DNA of 64,000 bases. Origin: Marsupella aquatica. Its lineage: Eukaryota; Plantae; Marchantiophyta. Under the pieces are notes generated by a model that was not told the DNA's origin, did not search any database, and saw only the letters and a program-made list of their open reading frames with translations. The DNA lies in the NCBI GenBank assembly GCA_973895155.1, contig OZ316896.1, positions 12,068,449 through 12,132,448 on the forward strand, written 5' to 3'. A program made the translations under genes and the position numbers. Below, piece after piece: positions 50,740-62,800 of this stretch (the first letter of the stretch is position 1; each line of letters begins with the position of its first letter).

Positions 50740-51728
50740 ACTTTTTTTATTCCATGTGTCTTTTTCTGGGGTTACCCCAACCACTTCTTGTAAGCTTACC
50801 CACTTCGTGCACATGTGGAAAGCCTTCTGATGCCACAGGGGCCCATTGTATTTGGTGCAGTTTGAGTGGCGAGACCATACTAGTTGTTCATGATGAGGGA
50901 TGCTACTGCTAAGGTTTTCTCTGGGTCTTGGGACATGTGCAATGGGAGGTCGTGCTCTTCAGCTACCTGATCCTCCACCAAAGTGACTACGAGGTGATCT
51001 TACCATGGTCGACAATGATGGTTGGCATACTCTGGTTAATGTTACAAGCTAGTGGTGGCCAACCCTTTGTGCCAAGGCATCATTGGGATGTACAGTAGCA
51101 ACAACGATAGGAGCAACGGTGTTGCAGGTGGCAAAGAGGCAAGATATGTCGCTCCAGCTTCATTTGATAGATCAATTCCTCCCCTGGCCTTGCTCTTGAG
51201 ATAATTGGGTGACTGCATCATCAGTTTGATGGGCAGTTTGATGGGCTTCGTCAACAGGGTGCTCCTGATGTTCATGGATGGATTGGTCCCACCAGACTCC
51301 ACTATCTATTTTGACCATGCACCTTTGTTAGCATTGGGGTTGCATATTTCAGTGACATTACAGTGTGCTCAATCTCAAGCGATCAATTGTCAATCTCTCA
51401 TAGCAGGTGCATTGTGCCTCTGCAACTACAATCCCCCCTCAAGGACATTCTGTCCCACTTGCAGATTTAGTCACGGCACAATTAGAATGATGTAAATCAT
51501 TAGCTTTTGCCACATTTGCTTTAGCTGTGGACCTTTAGTCCATCCCACTTAGCAAATTTCCTCTTTTCTTTTATTGGTTTTGGTTTTAGGGTTACATTTG
51601 CCTCTTTCTTATGTTTGGTGTTTGTTCTGTTAGGGCGTCTTTACTTTCCCTTCATTGTACTTTGTTTCTTCACTTTTGTATAACTTTTGGTACTTTCCCT
51701 TTATTTTAGTCATCATAGCCCTCATTAT
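50740..51728 (+). mobile_element. Second decayed CRE-like retrotransposon 3' fragment
   Basis: CTCG..DATGAHCIWC..HD zinc-knuckle remnant (~50808-50895), ISVTLQCAQSQAI (~51346-51385), T-rich tail. Flanked by direct repeat AGATTGCTAAAGTTGTG (50672-50688 and 51729-51745). Confidence 0.65.
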
Positions 51729-53584
51729 AGATTGCTAAAGTTGTGTTAACTTAATATTAATGCAACAAAAAACTTTTACAGAAATCTTTCCTCCTTTAAC
51801 TCTGGCAAGGATAATACCCTCGGTCTAGTCCCATGGCTATTTAGCCTGGAGCAGCATAAGCATCTAATAGCAGCTCTACCTATTGTACGCGGAACAAATT
51901 ACACATGCACTTTTAATAACTAGATAGTTGATACAATGACGATGCTTTTCTCATTCATTACTATGCTCTGGCTTGACTATCTACTTTCACTCTAACTTTA
52001 CCTCTAACTTTAACGCTACCTAGCCTATGATATTTCTATTTCTGATGACTATATCTTTACCCGACTTGGATTTGTCCATGACTGCAATCCATGATTAATT
52101 TGTGACAAAATGTCTATCGATAGTATGACCAGATAATGTGAATGATTCTGTATATGAGTATTAAATGAGATATTATTCGTTACCATGCTCGACGCTGTCC
52201 AGACTGCGCCTATGCTAGCTATGATTTAGTCCAGACTTGACATTGGCCTTGAATGGGTGTTTTTCTTATGAAATTATCTCTCTCTCTCTCTCTCAATGTC
52301 ATTCCCTCATTGTTTTGCTTTGCCACTATTTTTAGACTCATTGCTTTGAAGAGATGAATTATGTATCTGAATTGAGAGAAAACTCAAGAATCACGTCCCC
52401 GCTATCCTTGTCAACTGGTTTGCCCTTGTACTTAATGGAACCAGGCAATGGCAAATAGTCTTTAAACCAGTCATTGACAAATATCTATATCCTCATTATT
52501 CTGGGACATATCTACATTTGGTATCATTGTATCCCCACTTTTGGTCCTTCTAAAAATGCTAATCTTCAGCAGAGGATGGCTATCTGTTATGTCTGATTTG
52601 GTATGGTTGGAGTGATCAGCAAATTTAAGAATGTTGTCAGCATTCTGCTTAGACACTGACTTCTGTGTATTTTTTAAAATTAAGATTAGAAGGTTAGTAA
52701 CAAAAACAGGAGAACATGATGTATTATTTTGCTTCATCACCTGCAACCTTTAAGCAACAGAAGTAGGGGTTCCATAACTAATTTCCAGATGTTATCTATA
52801 TACGGTGGTGTACAGCTAATTTATAGTGTGGAGTAAAGTTATCCCGTTGGGGTTGAGTATCATTTGACCACGCCTGACAGTTATTGATAGCCAGATTGAC
52901 AGTAACCTATAACATTTGTTGTCAGACTGTTATTTACTTCTAATAGTAACCAAACCCAGTAACCTTTGGACATGGTCCAAAAGCTAGTTAGGAGACCCAT
53001 GAGAAGGTCACTGATCCCAACTATTTATAGGCACTCAGGTAAAACACAGCTTTGGACTCAGGTAACTAGGGAGAAGGATGCCCTGGACCCCAACCTTAAT
53101 AATAACTAGTAGGACAATTATGCAAATGGATGAAGGAACATGCGATAATAATATTAATTTTTGGATTAGTTTTATGCTACCAGCGGTTGATTTCATTCCA
53201 TGTCTGTTATAACCACTTCAGAGTGACAAAAACTTCAGACTAACTTATTGGCCTGAAGGGCGTCATAATGTTGGTCCACATGGCTGCTGTTTATCGGAAC
53301 ATGTGTACAGTCAAGGGACATTGGAGTATTAACAATTTGATAGGGTACTAGAGAGGGGAGGGGGGGGGGGGTGCATGTTCACACATATGCCACTTTGGTT
53401 TACAAAGGCTGGAGGGCCAAGGGAACTAAGGAAGTCTGTCATGGGAGTAGCCATGTGAAGAACTGACAATAATAAGCCTCTGTTACTTATATGTCACTCA
53501 TGCATACTATATAAAACCACTAGCTCACGTGGTTTTGTAATTATGATGTGTCAAATCAATCCCGAAGCATTGCACAGAAGGTGT

Positions 53585-53825
53585 CGTTGTGTAAAAGATA
53601 TTGTTGCATGAAAGATATCATTTAGTAAAAGTTATCATTACTCAAAACATGTTGTTAAGTCAAAGTTGTCGCCTAGCAGAAGAAATGACTACACAAAAGA
53701 TGTCATTTTAAAAGTAAAAGACATTGCACAAAAGATCTTATTTCATAAAAGATGTCAATTATAGAAAAGATGTTGATGCGTTAAAGATGTCATTACAGTA
53801 AAGATAATGCTGTGTAAAAGATGTG
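53585..53825. repeat. Degenerate ~19-bp minisatellite (AAAAGATGTCAT core)
   Basis: About a dozen AAAGAT/AAAGTT-anchored units at ~19-20 bp spacing. Confidence 0.7.
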
Positions 53826-56216
53826 TGGTGGTTGATGTCATCTGTGGTGGTCCCCTCATTTATGCATCCCTAAACCTGCCATGTCAGCCCATATAGGTTT
53901 GGCCCTCAATCCACTGCTATTTCATTCAAATATATATTCAATTTTGCCAAGTATATGAGTTTTCATAAAATATCCGGATTTCATTAAATACCAATGGGAG
54001 GGGCGAGCACACTCTCTTTACAGTGCATGGCATAAGGGGAATACATTCCCTGTTGATAATCACACATCAAATGTGGTAATATAGGGTAAGTACTCATTGA
54101 CTTAGGATAATCATATCAAAAAGTGTTAATGCGGGGTGTGCACTCACTCATTGGATTAAATAAAATATATAAGAAGATTTATCATAGCATGGAATGATGT
54201 CTTACATTACACTCCACTATATATATCATATTTTGATGTGTAATAAGTACCGGAATGATGTTTTACACTACACTATAGATGTCAAATTTTGATGTGTTAA
54301 CTACAGGGTCGGAATACATTGGGGCATGGACAAATAAAAAGAAGACACAACATGATGATTGTACTTGCAAGTACAATAAAGAGGTCAAGGGGAGAGACTG
54401 TACTTGCAAGTACACTCTGGAGGATCCACAATGATTCGTCCTCCTCCTTTCTTTTGCAGATTTTCTTTGGCACATAAAAAGCCAAAGTTTGGGAAGAACT
54501 ATACAGCGGGACCTCATATTATCGTCTTTGATAGACGAGTTTGACTTAGAGCACGAAATCTCTTATTGTGGTCCTTGATAGACGAGTTTGACTTAGAGCA
54601 TGACATCGTTAGTAGGGGAGAGAAGTCAAGTGACGGAACTGAAAAATACTGGATCCGTAAACAACGGTAGGGGAGAGGTCTTGTAGCTGGGGAATTTAGC
54701 AACAGCTCAGGTCTGTGGCTCACATTGGAGATGCTCTTGTTCGAGAAAGCTAATCTCATTTCCTATCTTGGACAGTACGAAACTATAGCTCTAGCCTTTA
54801 CAAAGTCAAATAATCAGACGAATAGTCATGTTCACATAGCTGAATCGAAATTCTTCGAGGACCCTTAATTCGAGCAATTACTGGACATTTACTGGAGCCA
54901 GGGGGATCTGGGTGGTCAACTTACTATTATTACGTTGGATTGTGTTCTTGTTATTGTCAGAATTCGACTCTACAAGAGTCCCCCCTATGAAGGAGGGACG
55001 GTCGTCCACGGAAACAAGGTCATCCTTACCAAACATAGCTTAGGTTTTCGTAAATAATGCTGTCCGCTACAGTGGGTCTTCCTTTCAATTGCCTTGGAAA
55101 TCACAATTTGTCATGAAAGCGAATAACAGGCTACAAGGATACACCCGGGAGGATACAGATGGAGCTGGAGGGCAGGTCAGCGAGAAATTTCTTTATCGTT
55201 GTCATCATGATTCACCCATTTGAACGGTTCTGATCGGGCCGGCACAGCTCACAGTTAACACCTTACTTCATTAATCCAGCAGCACTTTCTTTCACTTTTG
55301 GGCAGCCAGAAATCGGAGCTACGAATCTCAGCGTTCAGACTTTACTTTGCGGCATTTCTCTTTCAGAAAATGACATGTCAGTGGACGATAATTGTAATCG
55401 AAAGCATGCAAAGTCGCGTTCATTCATTCACCTTTACATAAAGTAAATGTCTATTTTGACGTCGTTTCCCTCGTTGAAACCTCGATCTCGTGGGTTTCGT
55501 GGACTACGCTTCGTACAATGTTGTACGCTGCAAAAATGATGGTCTGCTAGCTGATATACGAGTGTATCTGCTTGGGGATTTAAAGGCCAGGAATAGTGTT
55601 ATCTAGAGGCAGTCGATCCTTTTTGAACCTAGAAGCCGCTAAGTTTGCTGGATCAGCTCAGCCTTAGGGAAATTATTACAGTAGTTGGCGAATGAGAACG
55701 AGAACTTTAGGACATTTTAGTGGTGAGGGCTGGAAGTACTACACTGAGCTTACAAAGGGTTGGAAAATCGATTCGTAATGAGAGGTGAATCGGAAGGAAA
55801 TGAGAGATTTGTGGTTCCAGTGGAATGGCTTTGCCTTGAACGATTGGCCCATGGAAACCCGCATGGAAACAGTATGCTGCCTTTCGTATGGGGGTAAAAA
55901 CGTGTTTCAAAGCCAAAACAACAGCATAGACACAACCTAACTGTAGGCATTCCCGTGGATTCTGAATGGCACCAATATACAGAACCTACTGTAGACCGTA
56001 CGACATTGACGTTGAAAGACGGAGACATTTTGTCGATGATTGCGCGTGGACGTACTTGAGGTTGCTTCCTTCCCAGCTCTGATCATGAGGCTGTCAGTGT
56101 TGATCATTAGGCATGTACTCGAAAGAAGAATTTTGTAATAAGTAACCTACTGTTTCGAGCTTTAGCTGTCGTCTGAAGGAAATCTTTGACGTAAATAGTA
56201 AGGAATTTCAAAGCTG

Positions 56217-56605
56217 TGGCTGTGTAATTAGGGAACTATCCGATTTGCTTCAAATACAAATTTATGGCTGTGTAATTAGGGAACTATCCGATTTGCTTCA
56301 AATACAAATTTATTGCCCCAGATGATCTTAGGCTGATGGGTGTATCGTCTTTCGGGTTCACATCCAAAGTCCCCGCCGAGTAGAGTGGGACTTTCCAGTT
56401 CGCCCCCAGATGCACATCTTTCTGATGCAATGCCGCAGCCAAGTTCATCAGAGTGACAGAGAAAACAACCAAGTGGCTGTTATGGATGAGCCTAGAACCT
56501 ACTGTAGAGGTCCCAAGTTCATTGCAGCCAAGTTCATCAGAGTGAAGAGAAAACAACCAAGTGGCTGTTAGAGGATGAGCATAGAACCTACTGTAGAGGT
56601 CCCAA
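56217..56605. repeat. Two recent tandem duplications (48-bp perfect x2; ~89-bp x2)
   Basis: tggctgtgtaattagggaactatccgatttgcttcaaatacaaattta occurs twice (56217-56312). gcagccaagttcatcagagtga...agaacctactgtagaggtccca occurs twice (~56435-56604). Confidence 0.9.
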
Positions 56606-57699
56606 TTAGTTAAATCCCCCCTCGACATGCAAAAGGTTGTGGGAGGATGAGTGTGTGTATGGGTGGGATGTGATGGTGGGTTTACTCAGTCCCCTGGCTG
56701 GCCCACTTTTGGGCTCTGATCTAACCTTCTTTCCGGGTCCTGGGTGTGGCCCCCCTTGTGGGCTGCCCTACCAGGTGCATGCTCCCTAGTTGATACTCTG
56801 GATATATCTGGCCTGGCAGCTGTGATTTTAGGTGCAAATTTTGCTACAGTAGATTCCACCTCACTCGTTAATCTTCCCCACATTTGGCCAAAATTTGCTA
56901 TGTTGTTTGTCTCCACTAACTTTACACTAGCCACAAAGTCTTTCACCACTTTTGGCATTTTTTGCTAGTCTGGTTGTCTACCAGTATGTATGTACACAAT
57001 TACCACTGACCCAAACCCCAGTAGCCAGAATCTCAAAGTTATCCTTAAATCTACCAAAATCTAACCCCTCTTTTGGCTGCATTTAACCATTATACTTTTG
57101 TGTATTCCATTTGCCAATTTCTCACCTAGCCAAAGACCCCATTAGCCCTAATCTGAGGATTAATAAAGGGTCAAAGGAGGGACAGAAATGAGGGTCAAAT
57201 GACGGTCAAATGAGGGTCAGAAATCAAAATTAGATAAAGAGTATTTCTAGCATCGTTTGTATACAAGGGGACATGGGTCAAGAGATCTGTGGTCACCTAC
57301 AGTAGACTGCCTACTGACTAGAAACTAATCAAAGAGCCCTCTCTACATATATCAACCTTAACCTTTAATAACGTACGTTATTATTTTGCAGGGCTGTTTC
57401 TGTAGAAAGTAGTCACCTCCTTCCTAAATCCTGATTCCAGAAGAGTTTACCACTTTACCTCCTTCCTAAATCCTAATTCCTGTCTTCTGGAGTTAGGAAT
57501 TAGGAAGCGCTCACAAGTCTCAACCCAGAACGTAGCGATTATTCCAGCGTTATCCAAAACTGCACTCTCAACCCAGTTCGCCCTGACAGCAATAAATCCT
57601 GGCACGCAAATCCTGGCACGCACATCCTGGCACGCAAATCCTCATAGCAAAGCCTCATAGCTAGCTTAGGCTGTCCGGTTGCCCTGCCGAGACGTGGAA

Positions 57700-59980
57700 G
57701 TCCCATAACCTACCTCCGCGACTGGTAAGTGAGTTTGTATCTGTTTCAGATCAAGGTTGTGGTTCACTAGAATCACTACTTCTCCCGTTTATCCTCTGAG
57801 CTAGCTAGTTCCGCATGTTCCGTTGAACCCGTCGTGTGAGCCGACAAGATAGAGCAATCAAGCAAACTGTTTGTGTACACGCGCAACCCGCGCAGCTCGA
57901 AGGTATAGAATAAAAACACTCATCTGAACCTCTTTCGATCGTCGCCATTACTGCAAGAAAGACAAAACATGGCAATCCCGGATCGCAACACAGTGATAGG
58001 CTTGTTCAACCGGTCGGCAACATTTTAGGACTTACACCGTCCTCTTTATGCCTCGACAAATCTTTGAAACCTTGTTCGAATTTCCTTGAACTCACGAACA
58101 ACTTGGCTTGTTTGGATCCACTTTGTCTAGACTCTAGACGCGCTGGGATAATTATGACTGATTGCGTGCTTAATTGTGATACAGTAGTAGGATTTACAAG
58201 CTGTAGTCCAAGTGTAGCGCACAAGCACCCTAAACGTGCAGCACGCAAGTGTGGACAACGGGGCATATGCCCTCATGGGGGCTATTGGTTTGAGCTCTCC
58301 ATCCCTGGCGTGATTATTTGCGTCTAGTCTCGGGGGACGCAGTTGCGTTGAGTCTCACCAATGGAATCGAGTCTCACCAATGGAATCGAATGCTTTTCTG
58401 GGCCTATTTACACAAAAAGGAAACTAGGGGCGCGCATGCTGCCGCAGTCCCACTCCTGTATGAGGATAATCCAATTAGTTTACTACTGATGTTCCCACAT
58501 GCAATTGTTCTCGTTGCGGGCGGGGCTTACTGGCATGCAACCTCTCATTTTCAAATTGTCCAATCACTACTTTACATGATTTTGACAAGTTTGATTAATA
58601 AGCGTCTTGTAGCCTAGAAGTGCTTCTGGTTATTGTTTCAACATCCGAATGGTATTAATAGTGGAGTCTACATATGGCCTTAGCTTTGAATCTACTGTAG
58701 AGGTCTCGGAAGAGGGCTGCGTGGGCGGCACGTAATTCATCAAAATCTACCCATGATGGCAGATTCTACACAATGACGAAAAGTGGTCCTCGAGGTCAGC
58801 TGTGGATTGGGGCCTTCGAAAGCCAGAAAGCTTCAAACTCCCCTGTATTTAAGCAAAGGTTTCTACAGCTTCTCTGGTTCTACCGTCTGATTCAATGTCG
58901 ATGAACTTTCCGGTTTCTGGCCACAATAATAATAAAATTATCTGCTGGTGGCAGATACCACTGTCGACCAAGCCACCGTGGGGGTCTTGGGGACTGGGGC
59001 CATGGAGGCAAAAAGTGTCCCATCGAGATTCAGGGTACTTAAATTATACACATTCTACAGCTGATATGATGGCAACTCCGAGGTTATTGTGATCAGCACT
59101 CGTTGTTGTGTCGATGGATGTAGATTGTGGTCCCATGGTCCCATGGTCCAAAGTTTCAGCTTTGTCTCTGGACCCAACAATGAAACCCCACCATACGAAT
59201 TTCATGGTTTCATTGTTGAGAACTCAATACTAGTACAAATTCAATGAAATATTACAGAACTCAAAAGTGTCAGTAACAATGTGCAGCTGTGGACCTTCAC
59301 CGTCTCTGTAGTTCTGGGACTGCTCGAATGTAGTGAAGGAGGAGCTCGACAACAGAGTAGACGGAGTCAACTTAAATAAATTTCCCTTTGACGTTTACTC
59401 GACTAACGTTTCCTTTTCACTGGTTGAAACAGAATTATGCTCCAGCTTCGTAGCCCTACCAAAGAAGTGGTCAAAGCTAATTCTATTGCTCTCTCCCATA
59501 ACGTCAAAGCTAAATTCTGCTCCATTATTGAAGTACGGTACGCAGGACTGTGCAGACGTATTCGTTGGTGGTTAGCTCCTTTTCACTGGGTCAGGATTCC
59601 ACGATTGGAACTGGGATGAAGGTTGGTGAATGCTGACGATTGCTTGATTCGATCTGAATGTCGCTGACCTCAATACAACTTGCCCGTCACTCTGACCTCG
59701 AGGTTAGGACTCTAATAAGTCGATAGTAGCAAGACAGCAGCCTCTTATGTCAACGTTGGCAACCTTTTCTTCTTGTCGTCGCTCTTGCCGTGACTTGTTC
59801 TCCTGTCTGCCAAATTCAGTGCATAATGTCTCGATGTGTTTCGTGTTGAACGAATGTATTTTGGAGCATCTTTTTCGGTCCACAATACAGTAGCTGCCTT
59901 TTGCCAAACTGCACATTCCATAACTGCAGAACCTGACCATTTTTGCACTTTTGTAACGAAGTCTCCACTAAATGACAAAT
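57700..59980 (-). pseudogene. Decayed paralog of the 40.7-43.7 kb MYB-like segment, copy 2 (may extend to ~55.75 kb)
   Basis: Colinear matches at ~16.6-17 kb offset: tcctctgagct..agttccgc..gttccgttga (~40791/~57792), tgatgg..actccgagg (~42196/~59066), tatgctcca.cttcgtagc (~42564/~59436), 33-nt identity 42929/59587, and peptides CTNFGR..KVANGD vs CTEFGR..KVANVD and SSQFQSWNPDP in both. Residual KWS..SAV..YG..WQKAA motif at ~59890-59945. Confidence 0.55.
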
Positions 59981-61739
59981 ATATAAGTGCTTAGAAATAC
60001 TCTTTACGTGTATGTGTACATTTGGAAACAAAAGTCAGGATGGACCTAGCCATTGTCTTTACCCACCCCCATGGACTGCGTAAATCATTGCTTTTACACC
60101 AAAAAGAAGCTTTTACACTGAAAAGAAAAAGGAACCGGTTGTAGATAGTAGCTCATGACTTTTACTACCGTGGGGAGGAAGTGAGTAGTCAAGACTTCAT
60201 GGTGATCCTGAGTAATGGCATGACGTCTTGACATCGTTTGGGTTGAAGGTAGTCAAGCTACCCAGGAACCCGGTTTGGTAATGTAATTAATTGAAACCAG
60301 TTGCAAACAATACAGAGACTGTTTACAGATCACATTTCAGTCAAAAGTGTAAACAATGTTATCTGAGTTTAAATGTTCTGAACAAGTCCATCCTTTAGTT
60401 TTGTACATTTGTCATAAAAATATAAATCCTAATATGCCTAACTTTCTTAATATCAACCTTTAAGTGCTCGGATAAGAGTGGACAGTTTTTCTATAAATGT
60501 TGCAGTTATGAAATTGGAGAGAGGGTTTCAGTGCAGGGATGTACCTACAGTCGAGTGAAAGCACAAGAATTCTGCAGAAACACGAGGTGGCAACTTCTCA
60601 GATGATATGACCAAAGAAACCAGGAAAAGAAAAGATGGATAACTGTAATTTGTTTGACGTGATTAAACATTGCAATTATCATAATGGAGAGACCTACCAA
60701 TTTCCATAAATGACTCTGAGCATTGTGGACCTAAAAAAGAACTAATTGGTGTTATACATTGGTACATATTACACCAATGTGTTGGTACATTGAATTGGTA
60801 ACCCATTGGACAGGTGTAATATTACACAATACATTGGTGTAATATGTACCATGTGAGCAACAAAGAAGGTTTTGCTACAATGCATCTTGGTCTCAAAAAT
60901 CTATCCAAGTGTTTTGGCAAACATGCATGGAGGTACATCCAGGCTCCAATTTCTTAAATCATAGACAATCAGGGTTAGATTAAATTTATGGTCCTGATTA
61001 TCTTTGGTGTTTATTATCATTATCGCATTTCATAAACAGGAAATGATGTATTTTGATTAAAACCACAAACAAAACATAAATAATGGAGTGACAGAGCCAA
61101 AAGAGCAATATGACGTCTCATGGAGAATCAACTAACTAAAGGGTGTTTTTGTCCATTTTTGTTGAGTTTAACAGTGCACATGACAACTGTATTGCAAAGC
61201 CAATTGAAGATTTTCAAGAAATCTGTATCCTTTTTCACTAGTCACATCTGGGTTTTGCATGATGTCTGAGGAGTCATATTGATTTTTGGTAACAGTATAC
61301 ACATCAATGTTGTCACTTATAACTTCAAACAATTTTATACAAAGAACAGTAACAAACAGTAGCATGAATTCTGACAAAGCAGAAGGTGTGAAACTTTTAT
61401 ATGTTCACAGCATAAAGCCCAAGAATCCACAAAGTCCGATGCAGATATATATTGTCCCTCAAATCCCATGAGAAAATGGACTGTTTGAAGGCCAAAACAA
61501 GTGTTCTGCATCATTTAATGTACGTGTCAGTTGCTCTTGACTGATGACTTTAAATGCCCCGCCAATCCAAATTGCAATACAGGTATAACTTTTCACTAAA
61601 CCCTATAAAAAATTCCCTATACTTATTTGTGCATGATGGGTTGGACAAAAAGAAGTGGGAACCCTGGCAAAAAGAAAATACCGCTGTGTATTGCTTGTAC
61701 TCCTTCAACCCCTGAAAATGTCTTGAAAAATTTGCCTAG

Positions 61740-62800
61740 AGGCCCTCAAACTAACAGCCTGGGCCCTCCACATGCAGTATTACAGTGAATGCCTGAGCTG
61801 ATCTTGAGCTGTGCACAAACACACTATGTTTAGAGAAAGCAGTTAGGAGAAAAACTGGGGACAAGTGGCAACCACTCTACACATAAGATCACACATGATA
61901 ACAAGAAACAGTCAAAGAAGGGTGTAGAGCTCCAAGAAAGCTCTAACTAACTGTGAAAGACTCTTGTTGACCAGAGATTTTTCCCAACTCAATGAATATG
62001 TTTATTGTGTACGTATATATATTGGAGAGGAGGGTCTGACACAGAAACGAATATGTCTAGAGTCCCTAAAAGCAACAGCCTTTGCCCTCCAGCCTCCCAT
62101 GCAAGAATAGTGATTGCCTGAGCCCTCAGTTGTGCATCCATATGCCCTTCATCTAAAGGAGGTATTGAGAATAGAATTTGGTAAATAAGTCGTGAACCCA
62201 GGTGCTCTACACAAAAGATCACATGCCCATCTCATAAAGGAGGTCACTATACATTGACAATAGAATTAATTTTGGAAAGAAGTCAGGTGCTCTCCACAAA
62301 AGATCACATACAATCACAAGAAACACTCACATATTAATTTAGGGTGCAGAGCTCCAAACAATTAAGCTTTGTTGAAGCATCTAATTACCAATATAAACAC
62401 ATTCAAGATATTTTGCAAGCTCCAGGAATATGTGTATCGTGTGCATGGAATAGGAGGGTCATAAAGAGGCCCTAAGAGCAACACCCTTGGCCTCAGCACA
62501 ATTCTATACAGTGAATGAATATCCAGAAGAAACCGGGGGATAAGTACGCGGCCTTAGGTGGTACACAAATTAAAGATCGCCCATGATGCAAGAAAGAGTC
62601 AAAGATAGGGCATAGACACAAAGCAGGGATCACGTGATACAAAAAATACTTTAAGCATAGGTGTAGAGCTCCAGTGAGATTAAGCTCTTACTAGCGATAG
62701 CCTCTAATTGATCGTTCCTAGATGGTAATGAATTACCAATACAAACTCACATTCAATAGAATTTTCTAAGCTCCACGAATATGTCTATCGTGTGTATCGT
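61740..62800 (-). repeat. Degenerate ~350-400 bp tandem units containing CRE-like 3' remnants
   Basis: aagatcaca..caagaaa...ggtg.agagctcca recurs at ~61885, ~62300 and ~62570-62670. The minus frame LRAQAITIL (~62100-62130) resembles the CRE ALQRAQA..IL end. Confidence 0.5.
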
